From: Hyphomicrobiaceae bacterium
GTDB lineage: Bacteria; Pseudomonadota; Alphaproteobacteria; Rhizobiales; Hyphomicrobiaceae
Direction of reading: 5' to 3'
Length of the DNA stretch: 64,000 bases
Assembly: GCA_965215755.1 (NCBI GenBank)
Contig: OZ244119.1
Location: 4,302,117-4,366,116, forward strand
The first letter of the stretch is position 1, and every line of letters begins with the position of its first letter. The notes under the pieces were generated by a model. That model was not told the origin of the DNA, did not search any database, and saw only the letters and a list, made by a program, of their open reading frames with translations. Of this stretch, positions 36,924 to 46,844 are shown in pieces. The position numbers were made by a program, and so were the translations under genes.

Positions 36924-37910
36924 ATGTCAGAAACATACGAAGACGCCATCTTAATTGATGGCTTGGTGATAGCCCGGTTCTCTCGAGCCATATTTGAGGA
37001 CATGCGCAAGGGGGGAATTACGGCCGCCAATTGCACCTGCTGTGTGTGGGATGATTTTCAGTCCACGATGGCGAATATCGCTCGATGGAAGCACTGGTTT
37101 GATGAACACAGCGATCTGATCCTTCAGGTCCATACCGTTGATGATATACGCAGAGCTAAATCAGAGGGACGCGTCGGCGTCATTCTAGGCTGGCAGAACA
37201 CCAGTGGCATCGGAAATGATCTCAGAAATCTCATCCTGTTTCGAGATCTTGGCGTCCGCGTTATGCAGCTGACGTACAACACGCAGAACCTCGTTGGTGC
37301 CGGCTGCTGGGAAAGCCATGACGGCGGGTTGAGTGACTTCGGCCGACATGTCGTCGAGGAAATGAACCGGCTCGGTATTCTGGTTGATCTCTCGCACGTG
37401 GGCCCTAAGACCAGCGATGACGCGATCAAACACTCCAAGGTGCCGGTGGCCTACACGCATTGCTGTCCAATGCTGAAAAAGCATGCACGCAACAAGACGG
37501 ACGATCAGCTCAAGACGATTGCCAATGCTGGCGGATTTGTCGGGTACGCCAGTTACACGCCTTTTCTGCCCAAAGGCGAAGAGAGTACGCTCGACGATTG
37601 TGTTGCCGGCATGGACTATGTGATCAATCTCGTTGGCGAAAAGAACGTCGGGATTGGGACGGACTGGGTTCAGGATCAAGACATTGCATTCTTCAACTAT
37701 TTATCCTCAGACAAAGGCATCGGCCGAGCAACGGCAACACCGCATAAGAGCGTCCCGAAAATGCCGAAGGGTCTGGAAACACTCGGCGACTTTCGCAACT
37801 TCATTCCCGCGATGCAGCGCGCAGGTTGGAGTGAAACAAAGATCCGCGGTGTGCTTGGAGAAAACTGGTTGAGATTTCTTGGAGACGTCTGGGCTTCCAG
37901 GTCGGCATGA
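36924..37910 (+). CDS. M19-family membrane dipeptidase-like protein
   Basis: Contains ILIDGLV, LGILVDLSHVGPKTSDDAI and the VAYTHCCP pattern of renal-dipeptidase homologues. ATG 36924 is preferred over the track start 36879. Confidence 0.85.
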   Translation: MSETYEDAILIDGLVIARFSRAIFEDMRKGGITAANCTCCVWDDFQSTMANIARWKHWFDEHSDLILQVHTVDDIRRAKSEGRVGVILGWQNTSGIGNDLRNLILFRDLGVRVMQLTYNTQNLVGAGCWESHDGGLSDFGRHVVEEMNRLGILVDLSHVGPKTSDDAIKHSKVPVAYTHCCPMLKKHARNKTDDQLKTIANAGGFVGYASYTPFLPKGEESTLDDCVAGMDYVINLVGEKNVGIGTDWVQDQDIAFFNYLSSDKGIGRATATPHKSVPKMPKGLETLGDFRNFIPAMQRAGWSETKIRGVLGENWLRFLGDVWASRSA

Positions 37911-37923
37911 GTGATGGCGTTGC

Positions 37924-38943
37924 GTGCTCCATCGGCTGACGCGGCGAGCATTTTTAATGACCGATGATAGCTTGAGTGACCAGCCATCGCGCCTCGTCCA
38001 AACCGGACCAGCAATCCTTTGCATGTTGGGCAGCGTTCTACTTCTGACATGCAATGATACGATTGTGAAATCACTCAGCAGTCATTATCCAACCGGGCAA
38101 CTGCTATTTCTTCGCGGACTATGCGTCTGGCCATGGATCATTGGACTAGCACTCTGGTACGGTGGTTTGCATACCATCAAAGTCAAAAGCTTCGATGGCC
38201 AGATCTTGCGCAGTTGCTGCGTGATTGCGAGCGCATTCCTCTTCGTTGCGGGATTGCGTGTTCTGCCTCTGGCTGAAACAGTTGCTGCCGCATTCACCGG
38301 TCCGCTTTTTATCACAGCGCTTGCTCCGCTCATGCTCGGTGAGCGTGTAGGCTGGCGGCGATGGCTTGCCGTCTGTGTTGGCTTCGGTGGCGCACTTTTT
38401 ATGATCCGACCTGGCACAGATGCTCTGCAACTAGCGGTCTTGTTTCCACTTGCGTCAGCATTTTGTGCTGGGCTGCGCGATGTCATTACGCGTCGGATTG
38501 CTCAAACCGAATCTCCGGTTGCAGTGCTCGCCGTTGCAACCGCTGCTGTTATGCTGGCAGGTTGCGTGACCTTGCCGTTCGCCTGGGTTGACGTCCAGAT
38601 AGATCACATCTGGCGATTTGCCCTCAGTGGCGCTGTGATTGCGCCGGCGCAACTGCTGATGATCGAAGCCTTTCGGCGTGGCGAGGCCGCCGTTGTTGCC
38701 CCGTTCAAGTACACATCGTTGATCTGGGCGCTAATTATGGGATTCTTGGTGTTTGGCGACTTCCCAGACACATGGACACTGATTGGCGCAGCCATCATTA
38801 TGTCTGCCGGGCTCTACGTGTTGCATCGTGAAACTCTACTCAGGCGCCGCCAAGACCACCAAGAACCTTCTGGTCGCATTCGATCTATATCCAACGGTGA
38901 TCCTCGAGATCGCAAAGCAACCTTCACCAATCTCTCAAACTGA
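37924..38943 (+). CDS. DMT-superfamily (EamA-like) transporter
   Basis: About 10 hydrophobic segments in two EamA-like halves. The start is uncertain: GTG 37924 or ATG 37957. Confidence 0.75.
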   Translation: MLHRLTRRAFLMTDDSLSDQPSRLVQTGPAILCMLGSVLLLTCNDTIVKSLSSHYPTGQLLFLRGLCVWPWIIGLALWYGGLHTIKVKSFDGQILRSCCVIASAFLFVAGLRVLPLAETVAAAFTGPLFITALAPLMLGERVGWRRWLAVCVGFGGALFMIRPGTDALQLAVLFPLASAFCAGLRDVITRRIAQTESPVAVLAVATAAVMLAGCVTLPFAWVDVQIDHIWRFALSGAVIAPAQLLMIEAFRRGEAAVVAPFKYTSLIWALIMGFLVFGDFPDTWTLIGAAIIMSAGLYVLHRETLLRRRQDHQEPSGRIRSISNGDPRDRKATFTNLSN

Positions 38944-38954
38944 AAGGTCAACCC

Positions 38955-40274
38955 GTGACGAAACTCAATGAACTGACTGCCACGGATGCAGCTGCTCAAA
39001 TGGCCTCCGGCGAAATCACAGCCGTTCAGCTTGTCCAGGCCTGTCTTGACCGGATATCAGAGCGTGAAGATGACGTTCAAGCCTGGGTCTATCTCGACCC
39101 GGACCACGCCCTTGCGCAAGCCAGAGCCGCCGATGATGCGCGCAAGAGTGGAATGGGTGTCGGTCCGCTTCACGGTCTACCGGTTGGTATCAAGGATATT
39201 ATCGACACGGCTGACATGCCAACCCAGAACGGATCTCCGATTTTCGCCGGTCGCCGCACTAATCATGATGCTGCCTGTGTCGCCGCTCTACGGGCCGCTG
39301 GTGCAATCATTATGGGCAAGACCGTCACGACAGAGTTAGCCAATCTCAGTCCGAACAAGACTCGCAATCCGCACAATCTTGAGCACACGCCTGGCGGCTC
39401 GTCATCCGGGTCAGGCGCGGGCGTCGCAGATTTTCACATCCCCTTAGCACTCGGTACTCAGACCGGTGGGTCCGTGATACGGCCTGCCTCATTTAATGGC
39501 ATCTACGGGCTTAAACCGACGCTTGGACTGATCCCGCGCGGTGGTGTCTTATTGCAATCGCACATGCTGGACACACTCGGCACATATGGGCGCTCACTCG
39601 ACGATCTCGCGTTGCTGACCGATACGCTTTCCATCTACGATCCTGAGGATGCGCAAAGTCACGCTGGCAGTCGCGGTAGCCTGACCGACATGCTGAATCA
39701 GAAGCCCCCTCACACTCCACGGTTGGCCTTCCTGCGAACCCCTGCCTGGGATCACGCTGAGCCCAATGCCCAGAAGGCAATTGAGGAAGTGGCCGCGTCA
39801 TTGGGTGCTCAATGCACAGCTGAGAACCTTCCCGAACCGTTCGACAACATTATCGATCTACACCTTACGGTTATGGGTGCTGAGGACTTGGCCTATTACG
39901 GACAATATCTTGAAGCGCAACCGGAGCTCTTGAGCGATGTCCTTAAGGAGCGCTTGGAAGCTGCAAAGAGCATTCGTGGTGATGCCTACGTCAAGGCTCT
40001 GGTTGCACGTGAGACCATATACAAGAGCCTCGTCCAATTGCTTGGCGACTATGACGCCGTTCTTTGCCTGCCTTCATGCGGCCCGGCTCCAAAGGGTTTT
40101 GAGACCACGGGAAGCGCAATCTTCAATGGTCTGTGGACATACCTCGGCGTGCCATGTGTTTCACTGCCGAAGCTTACTGTCGACGGAATGCCAATGGGCG
40201 TCCAACTGGTGGGCATGCGCGGTGACGAAGGCCGGTTGCTGCGCACGGCGCGCTGGTTGGATAATCAGTTGTAG
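38955..40274 (+). CDS. Amidase-signature family amidase, copy 2
   Basis: Contains GLPVGIKDII and the GGSSSGSGAGVA signature. GTG start, 11 nt after the DMT stop. Confidence 0.9.
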   Translation: MTKLNELTATDAAAQMASGEITAVQLVQACLDRISEREDDVQAWVYLDPDHALAQARAADDARKSGMGVGPLHGLPVGIKDIIDTADMPTQNGSPIFAGRRTNHDAACVAALRAAGAIIMGKTVTTELANLSPNKTRNPHNLEHTPGGSSSGSGAGVADFHIPLALGTQTGGSVIRPASFNGIYGLKPTLGLIPRGGVLLQSHMLDTLGTYGRSLDDLALLTDTLSIYDPEDAQSHAGSRGSLTDMLNQKPPHTPRLAFLRTPAWDHAEPNAQKAIEEVAASLGAQCTAENLPEPFDNIIDLHLTVMGAEDLAYYGQYLEAQPELLSDVLKERLEAAKSIRGDAYVKALVARETIYKSLVQLLGDYDAVLCLPSCGPAPKGFETTGSAIFNGLWTYLGVPCVSLPKLTVDGMPMGVQLVGMRGDEGRLLRTARWLDNQL

Positions 40275-40464
40275 TGCGGTTCACAGAGGCCCAGCAGTCT
40301 CCTGGCGATGCTGAATGAACTGTAGTGCGTTCAGCATCTGCCGAATGATCTTCTCGCTCAACGCATCGGGTATCGGTGGTTGAAACTGACCGTGGCTTAC
40401 CAATAGAGAGCCTCTGTCTGCAGCTGCCGCCAACAATTACGTTTCAATTCGTGGAGACCACTGA

Positions 40465-40860
40465 ATGCCGGACATCATAGGGACTTGGCATCTAATCCAT
40501 GCTGTGGCTTTTGACACAGACGGCAACTCACTTCCAGCTCCCTATAGCGGTGAGGCTGCCATGGGACGCGTCACGTTCAGTCGCGACGGGCGGATGATGG
40601 CCGTTCTCTGCGATGGGCGCACCGAGCTTCCTCCTGGGGAAGCGCGTGAGTACACCTCCTACTGCGGAAACTACCAATTCGACGGCAAGACACTCGTAAC
40701 CCGTGTCGATGCCGCCTCGGATAAGGATCGCATGGGAACAGATCAAGTCAGAGGCGTCCATTTCGACGGCGAGCGGATGGTTCTTCGGCCACCCACGAAG
40801 GCATACGGTGATACAGTCCAGCAACGCGAATTGACTTGGGAAAAGATCGCGGACGTTTAG
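40465..40860 (+). CDS. Lipocalin-like small protein
   Basis: 131 aa. The N-terminal IIGTWHLI and the later YCGNYQFDGKTLVTRVD fit the bacterial lipocalin-like domain pattern, an assignment from memory. Confidence 0.55.
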   Translation: MPDIIGTWHLIHAVAFDTDGNSLPAPYSGEAAMGRVTFSRDGRMMAVLCDGRTELPPGEAREYTSYCGNYQFDGKTLVTRVDAASDKDRMGTDQVRGVHFDGERMVLRPPTKAYGDTVQQRELTWEKIADV

Positions 40861-40921
40861 CCTTCAGCGTCTTCCCCCAGCTTGCTTGCCGACTCACGGA
40901 TTAGCGAATGTCTGGCCTATG

Positions 40922-42319
40922 CTACGTCACGACGACCGGTTGAAGTTCTTCAAGCATCCAGCGAGCATGTGAGGTCATACGGGCGTCTTCGTGCTGTTGA
41001 CCGATGAGCTGAACCCCGACTGGAAGACCACCGACAGCCAACAGTGGGACGTTGACGACAGGCGCAAACAGCATAGAGCTTGGGTAATTGAACACCGCAT
41101 CACCGGTTGGCCTTGCTGCCATCGGCTTGCCAGGTTTGTCGCCCAACCACTCCGGAGCCGGACCTGGGCAGGACAGCGTCAGCATCGCATCCGCCTTGCG
41201 TGCGATCTGTCTATGGACAGCCTGAGCCTGATCGCGCTCCAGCAGCCGACTACGATAATCCGCGGGCGTCATCGCTTCCGCCCTTTCAAGGATCGCCATG
41301 GCTCTTGCGCTTAGACCACCACCCTTCTCTTCTACGATGTTGCGCTGGTACCAGCGGTTCTCCCACCCCGTGATCTGTGCGCAGATCGCGCTGGCGTTGG
41401 CAATGCTCTGCTCAATCAATTCGACTTCGGGATCATTGTGTCGGTCAAGCAGTTCAATACCCAGCGCTTCAAGCTGCTCTCGAAATGCCGCGAATGCTTT
41501 CCTGCTATCGTCATCCAGTCGTGACCATCCCTCGGTCTCCATGATGATCAATCGTTGCGGCTTGATGGACTGCGGTGTCGACGCTGGTCCGGCTAACGGT
41601 AGACAACCGCGATCGCCACCCGCACGTGTCGCAATCTCGATGGCTGCTTGCCACATATCCTGAACACTGCCGGCATGGATGCCATGGGTGCTCATGCTGG
41701 TGGCCATTCGTTCACCGCGATTGATGCCCCCCTGCGTCGGCTTAAGCGAGACATTGCCACAAAACCCTGACGGCCGGATGATAGATCCGCCCACTTGGCT
41801 GCCAATGGCTGCCGGCATCATGTGTGCCGCAACAGCTGCCGCCGACCCTGATGATGAACCACCTGGTGTTCGCGTGGCGTCAAACGGGTTTGTCGTTGGG
41901 CCCGGATGCGATCCGCCCAGTTCCGCTGTGACCGTTTTCCCGAATATGACGGCACCCGCCTGACGCAGCGCCCATACCGCTGCATTGTCGCGCTTCGGAA
42001 AATTGCCTTTCAATGCCTCACAGTTCATCTCTGTTGGCATTTCTCGGGTCTCGAGGAGGTCCTTGATCCCGATCGGCATCCCGTCAATGGCTGACAAGGG
42101 TTTGCCTGCCTTATAGCGCTCCGTGCTGGCATCGGCCGCAGCGCGGGCCGTTTCCTTATTGAGGTGAGCAAGAGCCTGGACCGTTGCCTCGCAGGCATCG
42201 ACCACGGCAAGACACCGTTCAAGATAGTCACGTGGCGTGTCGTCACCAGAGTGGAAGCTGGCCACTGCATCGTAGAATGTCAGCTGCTTAAATGTTGTCG
42301 GATCATAGTTGCCGGGCAT
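40922..42319 (-). CDS. Amidase-signature family amidase, copy 3
   Basis: Contains GMPIGIKDLL and TPGGSSSGSAAAVAA. ATG 42319 (MPGNYDPTTF...) lies 28 nt after the upstream amidase stop. The track ORF extends to 42439. Confidence 0.9.
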   Translation of the reverse strand: MPGNYDPTTFKQLTFYDAVASFHSGDDTPRDYLERCLAVVDACEATVQALAHLNKETARAAADASTERYKAGKPLSAIDGMPIGIKDLLETREMPTEMNCEALKGNFPKRDNAAVWALRQAGAVIFGKTVTAELGGSHPGPTTNPFDATRTPGGSSSGSAAAVAAHMMPAAIGSQVGGSIIRPSGFCGNVSLKPTQGGINRGERMATSMSTHGIHAGSVQDMWQAAIEIATRAGGDRGCLPLAGPASTPQSIKPQRLIIMETEGWSRLDDDSRKAFAAFREQLEALGIELLDRHNDPEVELIEQSIANASAICAQITGWENRWYQRNIVEEKGGGLSARAMAILERAEAMTPADYRSRLLERDQAQAVHRQIARKADAMLTLSCPGPAPEWLGDKPGKPMAARPTGDAVFNYPSSMLFAPVVNVPLLAVGGLPVGVQLIGQQHEDARMTSHARWMLEELQPVVVT

Positions 42320-42347
42320 GTTTTTTTTCACTCTCAACGATAATGAC

Positions 42348-43709
42348 CTAACCCAGGTCAGGTTTGGCAAATGGACCACGGATGTTTTCGAAGGCCTGCC
42401 CAATTCGCAAGGCCAACGGATCATCAAATCGACGAACAACGATCTGCAGTGCTGTCGGAAGCCCGGAGGACGTCAAATTGATCGGCACTGTCAATGCAGC
42501 CAGTTCCAGATAATTGACGAAGCGCGTCAGGATGGACATCAGCATAACGCTTTCGTCAACCTCAGCGATCGGGATAGCCGGCATCGGAATGGTCGGCAGA
42601 ATGATCGCATCGATATTGTCGATAACGCTCTCGAACTCGCGAATAGCTATTGAGCGTGCGCGGCGGATGCGAACGAGTTCGGCTGCTGTTATGGTCTTCC
42701 CATTGCCAAAGCGAATGCGATTGGGTTGGCCTAATTTTGAATTCGGATCTTCGACCAGGTCAGCATAAGTTGCATACGACTCGGATGATGACACCAGTCC
42801 GCTCAACCTTTGATAGGATGGAAAGTCAAGTGGCAGTTCGGTCTTTGTGATCGTTGCGCCGGCATCCTGCAGATGTTGGACCGCGACCTCGAATGCGTCG
42901 GACATTTCGCTTGTCAGATAAGGCGTATCTCTCAGATCCAAACGTGCAAGGCGCAAACCATCTACTCCACGATGGAGCTGTCGAACCGGGCACGGAAAGT
43001 TATGACCAAGTGTCGTTGGATCGTCATTGTCCGCCCCTTGCATCGCGGCCAACATATGAGCTGCAAGTTCGACGTTAGCGGTGAGTGGACCGACGGTGTC
43101 GAGCGTTTCTGAGAGCGGCGTCACACCGGTCCGGCTCACCAAGCCAATCGAGGACTTATGGCCAACGCAGCCGCATAGCGCTGCGGGAATGCGGACTGAG
43201 CCACCCGTATCCGTTCCAAGGCCGGCGGCAACGAGTCCTGATCCAACAAGAACTCCAGTCCCGCTTGATGAACCGCCTGGAACGCGCGGCGTTGACATGT
43301 CCCACGGATTGACCGGTGTGCCGACCGTCTCGTTTGTGCCCCAGCTACCGATGGCAAACTCGACTGTGTTGGCCTTGGCGACAGGTATGGCGCCTGCCGC
43401 CCGCAGCTTCGTGACGACCGGTGCATCCCTGGCGGCCGCGCCGTTCTGCGCCCGGGTCAATGAGCCCGACTTCGTCGGGACACCGGCGACATCAATGATG
43501 TCTTTCACCACGAACGGCAGGCCATGAAGCGGACCGAGGGTTCCGTTCTGCGCGCCGCGCTGATCGCAATGGTGGGCATCTGCCAGTGCTGCAGCATCAA
43601 GCCTTCCAGCAACAGCATTAAGTTTGTCGCTGTGCCGATCAAGTCCATCCAAGGTTTTGCGCACGTCGGCTTCAGCCTGGCCAATTTCGGGGACGCCTGC
43701 GACTGCCAT
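42348..43709 (-). CDS. Amidase-signature family amidase, copy 4
   Basis: Contains GLPFVVKDII and VPGGSSSGTGVLVGSG. The track ORF (to 44039) overlaps the upstream gene. ATG 43709 (MAVAGVPEIG...) gives 453 aa and a 31-nt spacer. Confidence 0.85.
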   Translation of the reverse strand: MAVAGVPEIGQAEADVRKTLDGLDRHSDKLNAVAGRLDAAALADAHHCDQRGAQNGTLGPLHGLPFVVKDIIDVAGVPTKSGSLTRAQNGAAARDAPVVTKLRAAGAIPVAKANTVEFAIGSWGTNETVGTPVNPWDMSTPRVPGGSSSGTGVLVGSGLVAAGLGTDTGGSVRIPAALCGCVGHKSSIGLVSRTGVTPLSETLDTVGPLTANVELAAHMLAAMQGADNDDPTTLGHNFPCPVRQLHRGVDGLRLARLDLRDTPYLTSEMSDAFEVAVQHLQDAGATITKTELPLDFPSYQRLSGLVSSSESYATYADLVEDPNSKLGQPNRIRFGNGKTITAAELVRIRRARSIAIREFESVIDNIDAIILPTIPMPAIPIAEVDESVMLMSILTRFVNYLELAALTVPINLTSSGLPTALQIVVRRFDDPLALRIGQAFENIRGPFAKPDLG

Positions 43710-43740
43710 TCTTTCGATCCACTCTCGCTCTGGTTCTTGT

Positions 43741-44379
43741 CTAATAGATTGTTTGTTTGAGACGGTCGGGATAATTGCGATCATACTCATCACTATCGAA
43801 GTCTTGGCTGAGCGCCGAGATGATCTTGCCCGTTGACGGGAGTTCCGTCCGTGCAATCTGGCTTTCAACCTGCCAGAGTTTCGAGCGGACCAGAGCCTTC
43901 GGACATTGGAAATAGATCCTATCAACCTTGAACAGGATAACGGTGGCCGGCGCCTTACCCTGCATCTCAAATGACTTGCACAACTCTGGTTCGGTGACGA
44001 TATAGCCTCGACCATTGATGCGGATCGCCTCGCCGACACCGGGAATCAGAAACAACAGAGAGGCGCGCGGATCGCCGACAAGATTGCGCAAGTTGTCTAT
44101 TCGGTTATTGCCACGACGGTCCGGCATGGCGACCGTGTGCTTGTCGAGCACCCGCACAAAACCTGGGGGATCGCCACGCGGTGAGCAATCAAGTCCGTCA
44201 GGCCCAACCGTCGCCAGGACGGCAAATGGCGACTTCTCGATGAACGCCCTATAGTGATCGGAGATGTAGTCGATCTCTTTGACTAACGATGCGGGGCTGG
44301 CCGCACCATAGAGATCTTCCAACTGAGCCAGCGTTGCCACGTGATGGTCATTGTAGGCTCCAAGTTGCGGTGCGCTCAT
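43741..44379 (-). CDS. PPOX-class (pyridoxamine 5-prime-phosphate oxidase-like) FMN-binding protein
   Basis: 212 aa. The blocks FAVLATVGPDGLDCSPRGD and ASLLFLIPGVGEAIRINGRG are typical of the split-barrel PPOX family. An AGGAG lies 6 nt upstream of the ATG. Confidence 0.75.
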   Translation of the reverse strand: MSAPQLGAYNDHHVATLAQLEDLYGAASPASLVKEIDYISDHYRAFIEKSPFAVLATVGPDGLDCSPRGDPPGFVRVLDKHTVAMPDRRGNNRIDNLRNLVGDPRASLLFLIPGVGEAIRINGRGYIVTEPELCKSFEMQGKAPATVILFKVDRIYFQCPKALVRSKLWQVESQIARTELPSTGKIISALSQDFDSDEYDRNYPDRLKQTIY

Positions 44380-44435
44380 TCTTGTCTCCTGCCTTTCGGC
44401 TTGTGTCAGGCCGATTTTAAGATGGTACTATCAGA

Positions 44436-45446
44436 CTACTTATTGCGATCGGGGCCATAGTTCATTTTTCGGAACCAGGTCATGTACTCGACATAGGTAA
44501 TGGGATCATACTTCGGCGGATTGTCTGGTCCTGTGCAGGTTGGCAGACACGACATCTCATAATCTGCCCAGCAATCAAAAAAGAATGGCAAGGCATAACG
44601 TTCTTCGCCGGTTCGGTTCACGACGCGATGCGGTGTGGCCAAAAACCGATCATTGGTCCAACGGCGGAGCATGTCGCCGCCATTGACAAGAAAGGCGCCA
44701 TCGTTACTAGGCGCGTCGATCCACTTGCCACTTGGACCACGGACTGACAGGCCGGGAACCTTATTGGGAGCCAGCAAGGTCATGAAGCTCGTGTCGGTAT
44801 GAGGTGCCAAACCGAACTCGTTGTCCTCGACGACCTTCTGTGGCGGATAGTGAGACATGCGCAGCTTATACATCGGCTTGGCGAATGCTTCGTCGAAATA
44901 ACCGGCTGGCAAATCAAGCGCAAGAGCATAAAGCGGCACCAGCTTTAAAGCCAAGGATTCCAGCTGGTCCATGTATTCCAGGCAGGTTGCTCGAAACCCC
45001 GGCAGATCACCAGGCCATTTGTTAGGTGTTCGAAATGCCTTGCCGGCGAGAACATCCGGATCATTGGCATCGAGGTCTCTGGCGACAAAGAAGGCTTCAT
45101 TCACATTCGGCTTGTTGTTCTGATTGAGCTCGGAGTGGCGGGTGGTACCGCCGCGCATTGGCAAATAACCGATGTTGTATTCATTGAGTTTCAGCTTGAG
45201 CTTGTCGTCGAGCGGTTGTTCGTGAAAGCGCTTGGCAGCTGCAAAGGTATCGTCGATCAATTGCTGCGGTACGCCGTGGTTGGTGATGAAGTAGAAACCA
45301 ATGTTCTCGAAGGCATGGCGCACCGCATCAGCCGCCCTCGCTTGTGCGCCCGGCTCCTCTGCCAGGTAAGGTCCGAGATCTATGACGGGAATTTCATCGG
45401 TGGCGTCTGCACGAATTGGCGCCAGGGAAGGAGCCGGACTTGCCAT
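44436..45446 (-). CDS. Isopenicillin-N-synthase-family 2OG/Fe(II) oxygenase
   Basis: Contains IPVIDLGPY (the N-terminal DIOX_N pattern), the HTDTSFMTLL (HxD) motif, ATPHRVVN (distal His) and RYALPFF. A strong TAGGAGG SD is present. Confidence 0.85.
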   Translation of the reverse strand: MASPAPSLAPIRADATDEIPVIDLGPYLAEEPGAQARAADAVRHAFENIGFYFITNHGVPQQLIDDTFAAAKRFHEQPLDDKLKLKLNEYNIGYLPMRGGTTRHSELNQNNKPNVNEAFFVARDLDANDPDVLAGKAFRTPNKWPGDLPGFRATCLEYMDQLESLALKLVPLYALALDLPAGYFDEAFAKPMYKLRMSHYPPQKVVEDNEFGLAPHTDTSFMTLLAPNKVPGLSVRGPSGKWIDAPSNDGAFLVNGGDMLRRWTNDRFLATPHRVVNRTGEERYALPFFFDCWADYEMSCLPTCTGPDNPPKYDPITYVEYMTWFRKMNYGPDRNK

Positions 45447-45549
45447 GAGTACCTCCTATCATGCTGTTTCTGTCGAAAGCTCTTTCAGGCTTTGCGTTGC
45501 CTGCAAATATGTCGACTCGCGACCAGTCTCTCGCCCCGACACCACCAGC

Positions 45550-46833
45550 CTAACTGACCTCCTGCACCAGCCAGCCTGTCATCACAGCCGCCGCACTTAG
45601 GAAGTCATCAATCTCCATCGCTTCGTGGGGGTTGTGGCTGCCATTCTCATTGCGCACGAACAGCATTGCTGTTGGTACACCGGCCGCCGTAAATGTTGCT
45701 GCATCGTGTGAGGCGGGGCTGGCGAGTGGCATTGTTGGAACACCCAACCGGTCAGCAGCAGCCGTCAATGCCGAATAAACCTCTGGGTTTGATGGTGCCA
45801 CCGGCGCAGAAGCGCGCTGCCCCAGCGCAATCGAGACTCCACGTTTGGCTTCGATGTGCTTGACGCGCTCCAACAACTCGTTTTCAAGTTCGTCGAGATG
45901 CTCTTGATCGTAGGCGCGGACATCCAGGCTCAATGACATTTCGCCCGGAACAATTGTAAGAGCGTGCTCGTCGGGATTGGTGTGAAACCGTCCGATGGTG
46001 AAAGCCATGGGACGGCCTGCAGCATCGTTCTTCTGCCACATCTCATCGAGCGCCAATGCAAAGTCGCTTGCGGCGAGGGCTGCATCCCGACGGAACCTAC
46101 GCGGCAGACCGACATGCGCATATTCACCTTTGATGTGAATGTTAGGATAACGAAAGTTACCCGGTACGCCGGTTCCGATCGCTGCCGGAAAACCTGCTTC
46201 GATCAACTGGGGTGCTTGTTCAATGTGGATCTCAACGAACGCCCGCAGGTCTTTGGCATTCAGCCATGGTACGCCAGCTCGCACCTTGTCAACATCTGCG
46301 CCGCAGTCAGCCATGTGGTCAGCCAGCGCCCGGCCTGTATCAACGCGCGGAGCCTCAAGTGAACCATCGGGCAGCATTCCAAACGCGGTACGACTACCGA
46401 TGTATGAGACTTGAAACCACACACTTTCTTCAGCCCGGATGGCCATTGTCGTGACATCGCACGACGGCACGATGCCGAGTTTCTGCAGCACCCGCTGGGC
46501 AACAAGCCCACCGACGACCCCTGCTGCACCGTCAAAGTTGCCGCCACGCTTAACAGAGTCGAGATGTGATCCCATCATGATCCCGGGAGTGCTTTCCGTC
46601 TGCCCAGGTAGCTTCATGTAAAGATTGGCGCCATGATCGTACTGAAGCTCCAAACCCATCTCGCGTGCACGATCCTCAACGACGCGATAGCCAAATTGTT
46701 CGCCGGGCCCAAACGTATCGCGGGTGACGCCTTCGACGTCCTTACTGCCTTCGCGCAATTCATCGAAGAGGTCAGATACGAATTGCTTCTCTTGCTGGAC
46801 TGCTGAGAGAATGTCGGCAGGCGGTCGCGTCAT
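45550..46833 (-). CDS. M20-family amidohydrolase of the N-carbamoyl-amino-acid / allantoate amidohydrolase type
   Basis: MGSHLDSVKRGGNFDGAAGVV matches the GSHLDT/S-V-x-x-GG-x-FDG motif of carbamoylases. 427 aa. The SD overlaps the stop codon of the upstream asparaginase gene. Confidence 0.85.
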   Translation of the reverse strand: MTRPPADILSAVQQEKQFVSDLFDELREGSKDVEGVTRDTFGPGEQFGYRVVEDRAREMGLELQYDHGANLYMKLPGQTESTPGIMMGSHLDSVKRGGNFDGAAGVVGGLVAQRVLQKLGIVPSCDVTTMAIRAEESVWFQVSYIGSRTAFGMLPDGSLEAPRVDTGRALADHMADCGADVDKVRAGVPWLNAKDLRAFVEIHIEQAPQLIEAGFPAAIGTGVPGNFRYPNIHIKGEYAHVGLPRRFRRDAALAASDFALALDEMWQKNDAAGRPMAFTIGRFHTNPDEHALTIVPGEMSLSLDVRAYDQEHLDELENELLERVKHIEAKRGVSIALGQRASAPVAPSNPEVYSALTAAADRLGVPTMPLASPASHDAATFTAAGVPTAMLFVRNENGSHNPHEAMEIDDFLSAAAVMTGWLVQEVS

Positions 46834-46844
46834 CGGCGTTTCTC

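Noticed and set aside
40270-40338. Hairpin GATGCTGAA-n14-TTCAGCATC (40307-40338) after amidase copy 2, plus a nearby direct repeat TGTAGTGCG(G)TTCA (about 40270 and about 40321)
   Set aside because: The stem has no following U-tract and the loop is long, so I cannot call it an intrinsic terminator. The direct repeat is only about 13 nt and imperfect.
42320-42328. Homopolymer run (T8 on plus, A8 on the coding strand) immediately upstream of the amidase ATG 42319
   Set aside because: It is intergenic, in the SD-start spacer, and does not interrupt a reading frame. Slippage-based phase variation is conceivable, but there is no supporting evidence in a single sequence.
43710-44039. N-terminal 110-codon extension of the amidase ORF 42348-44039
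   Set aside because: The extension overlaps the upstream PPOX-type CDS by about 300 nt in another frame and is Arg/Ser-rich nonsense-like. The internal ATG 43709 gives a normal-length amidase with a 31-nt spacer.
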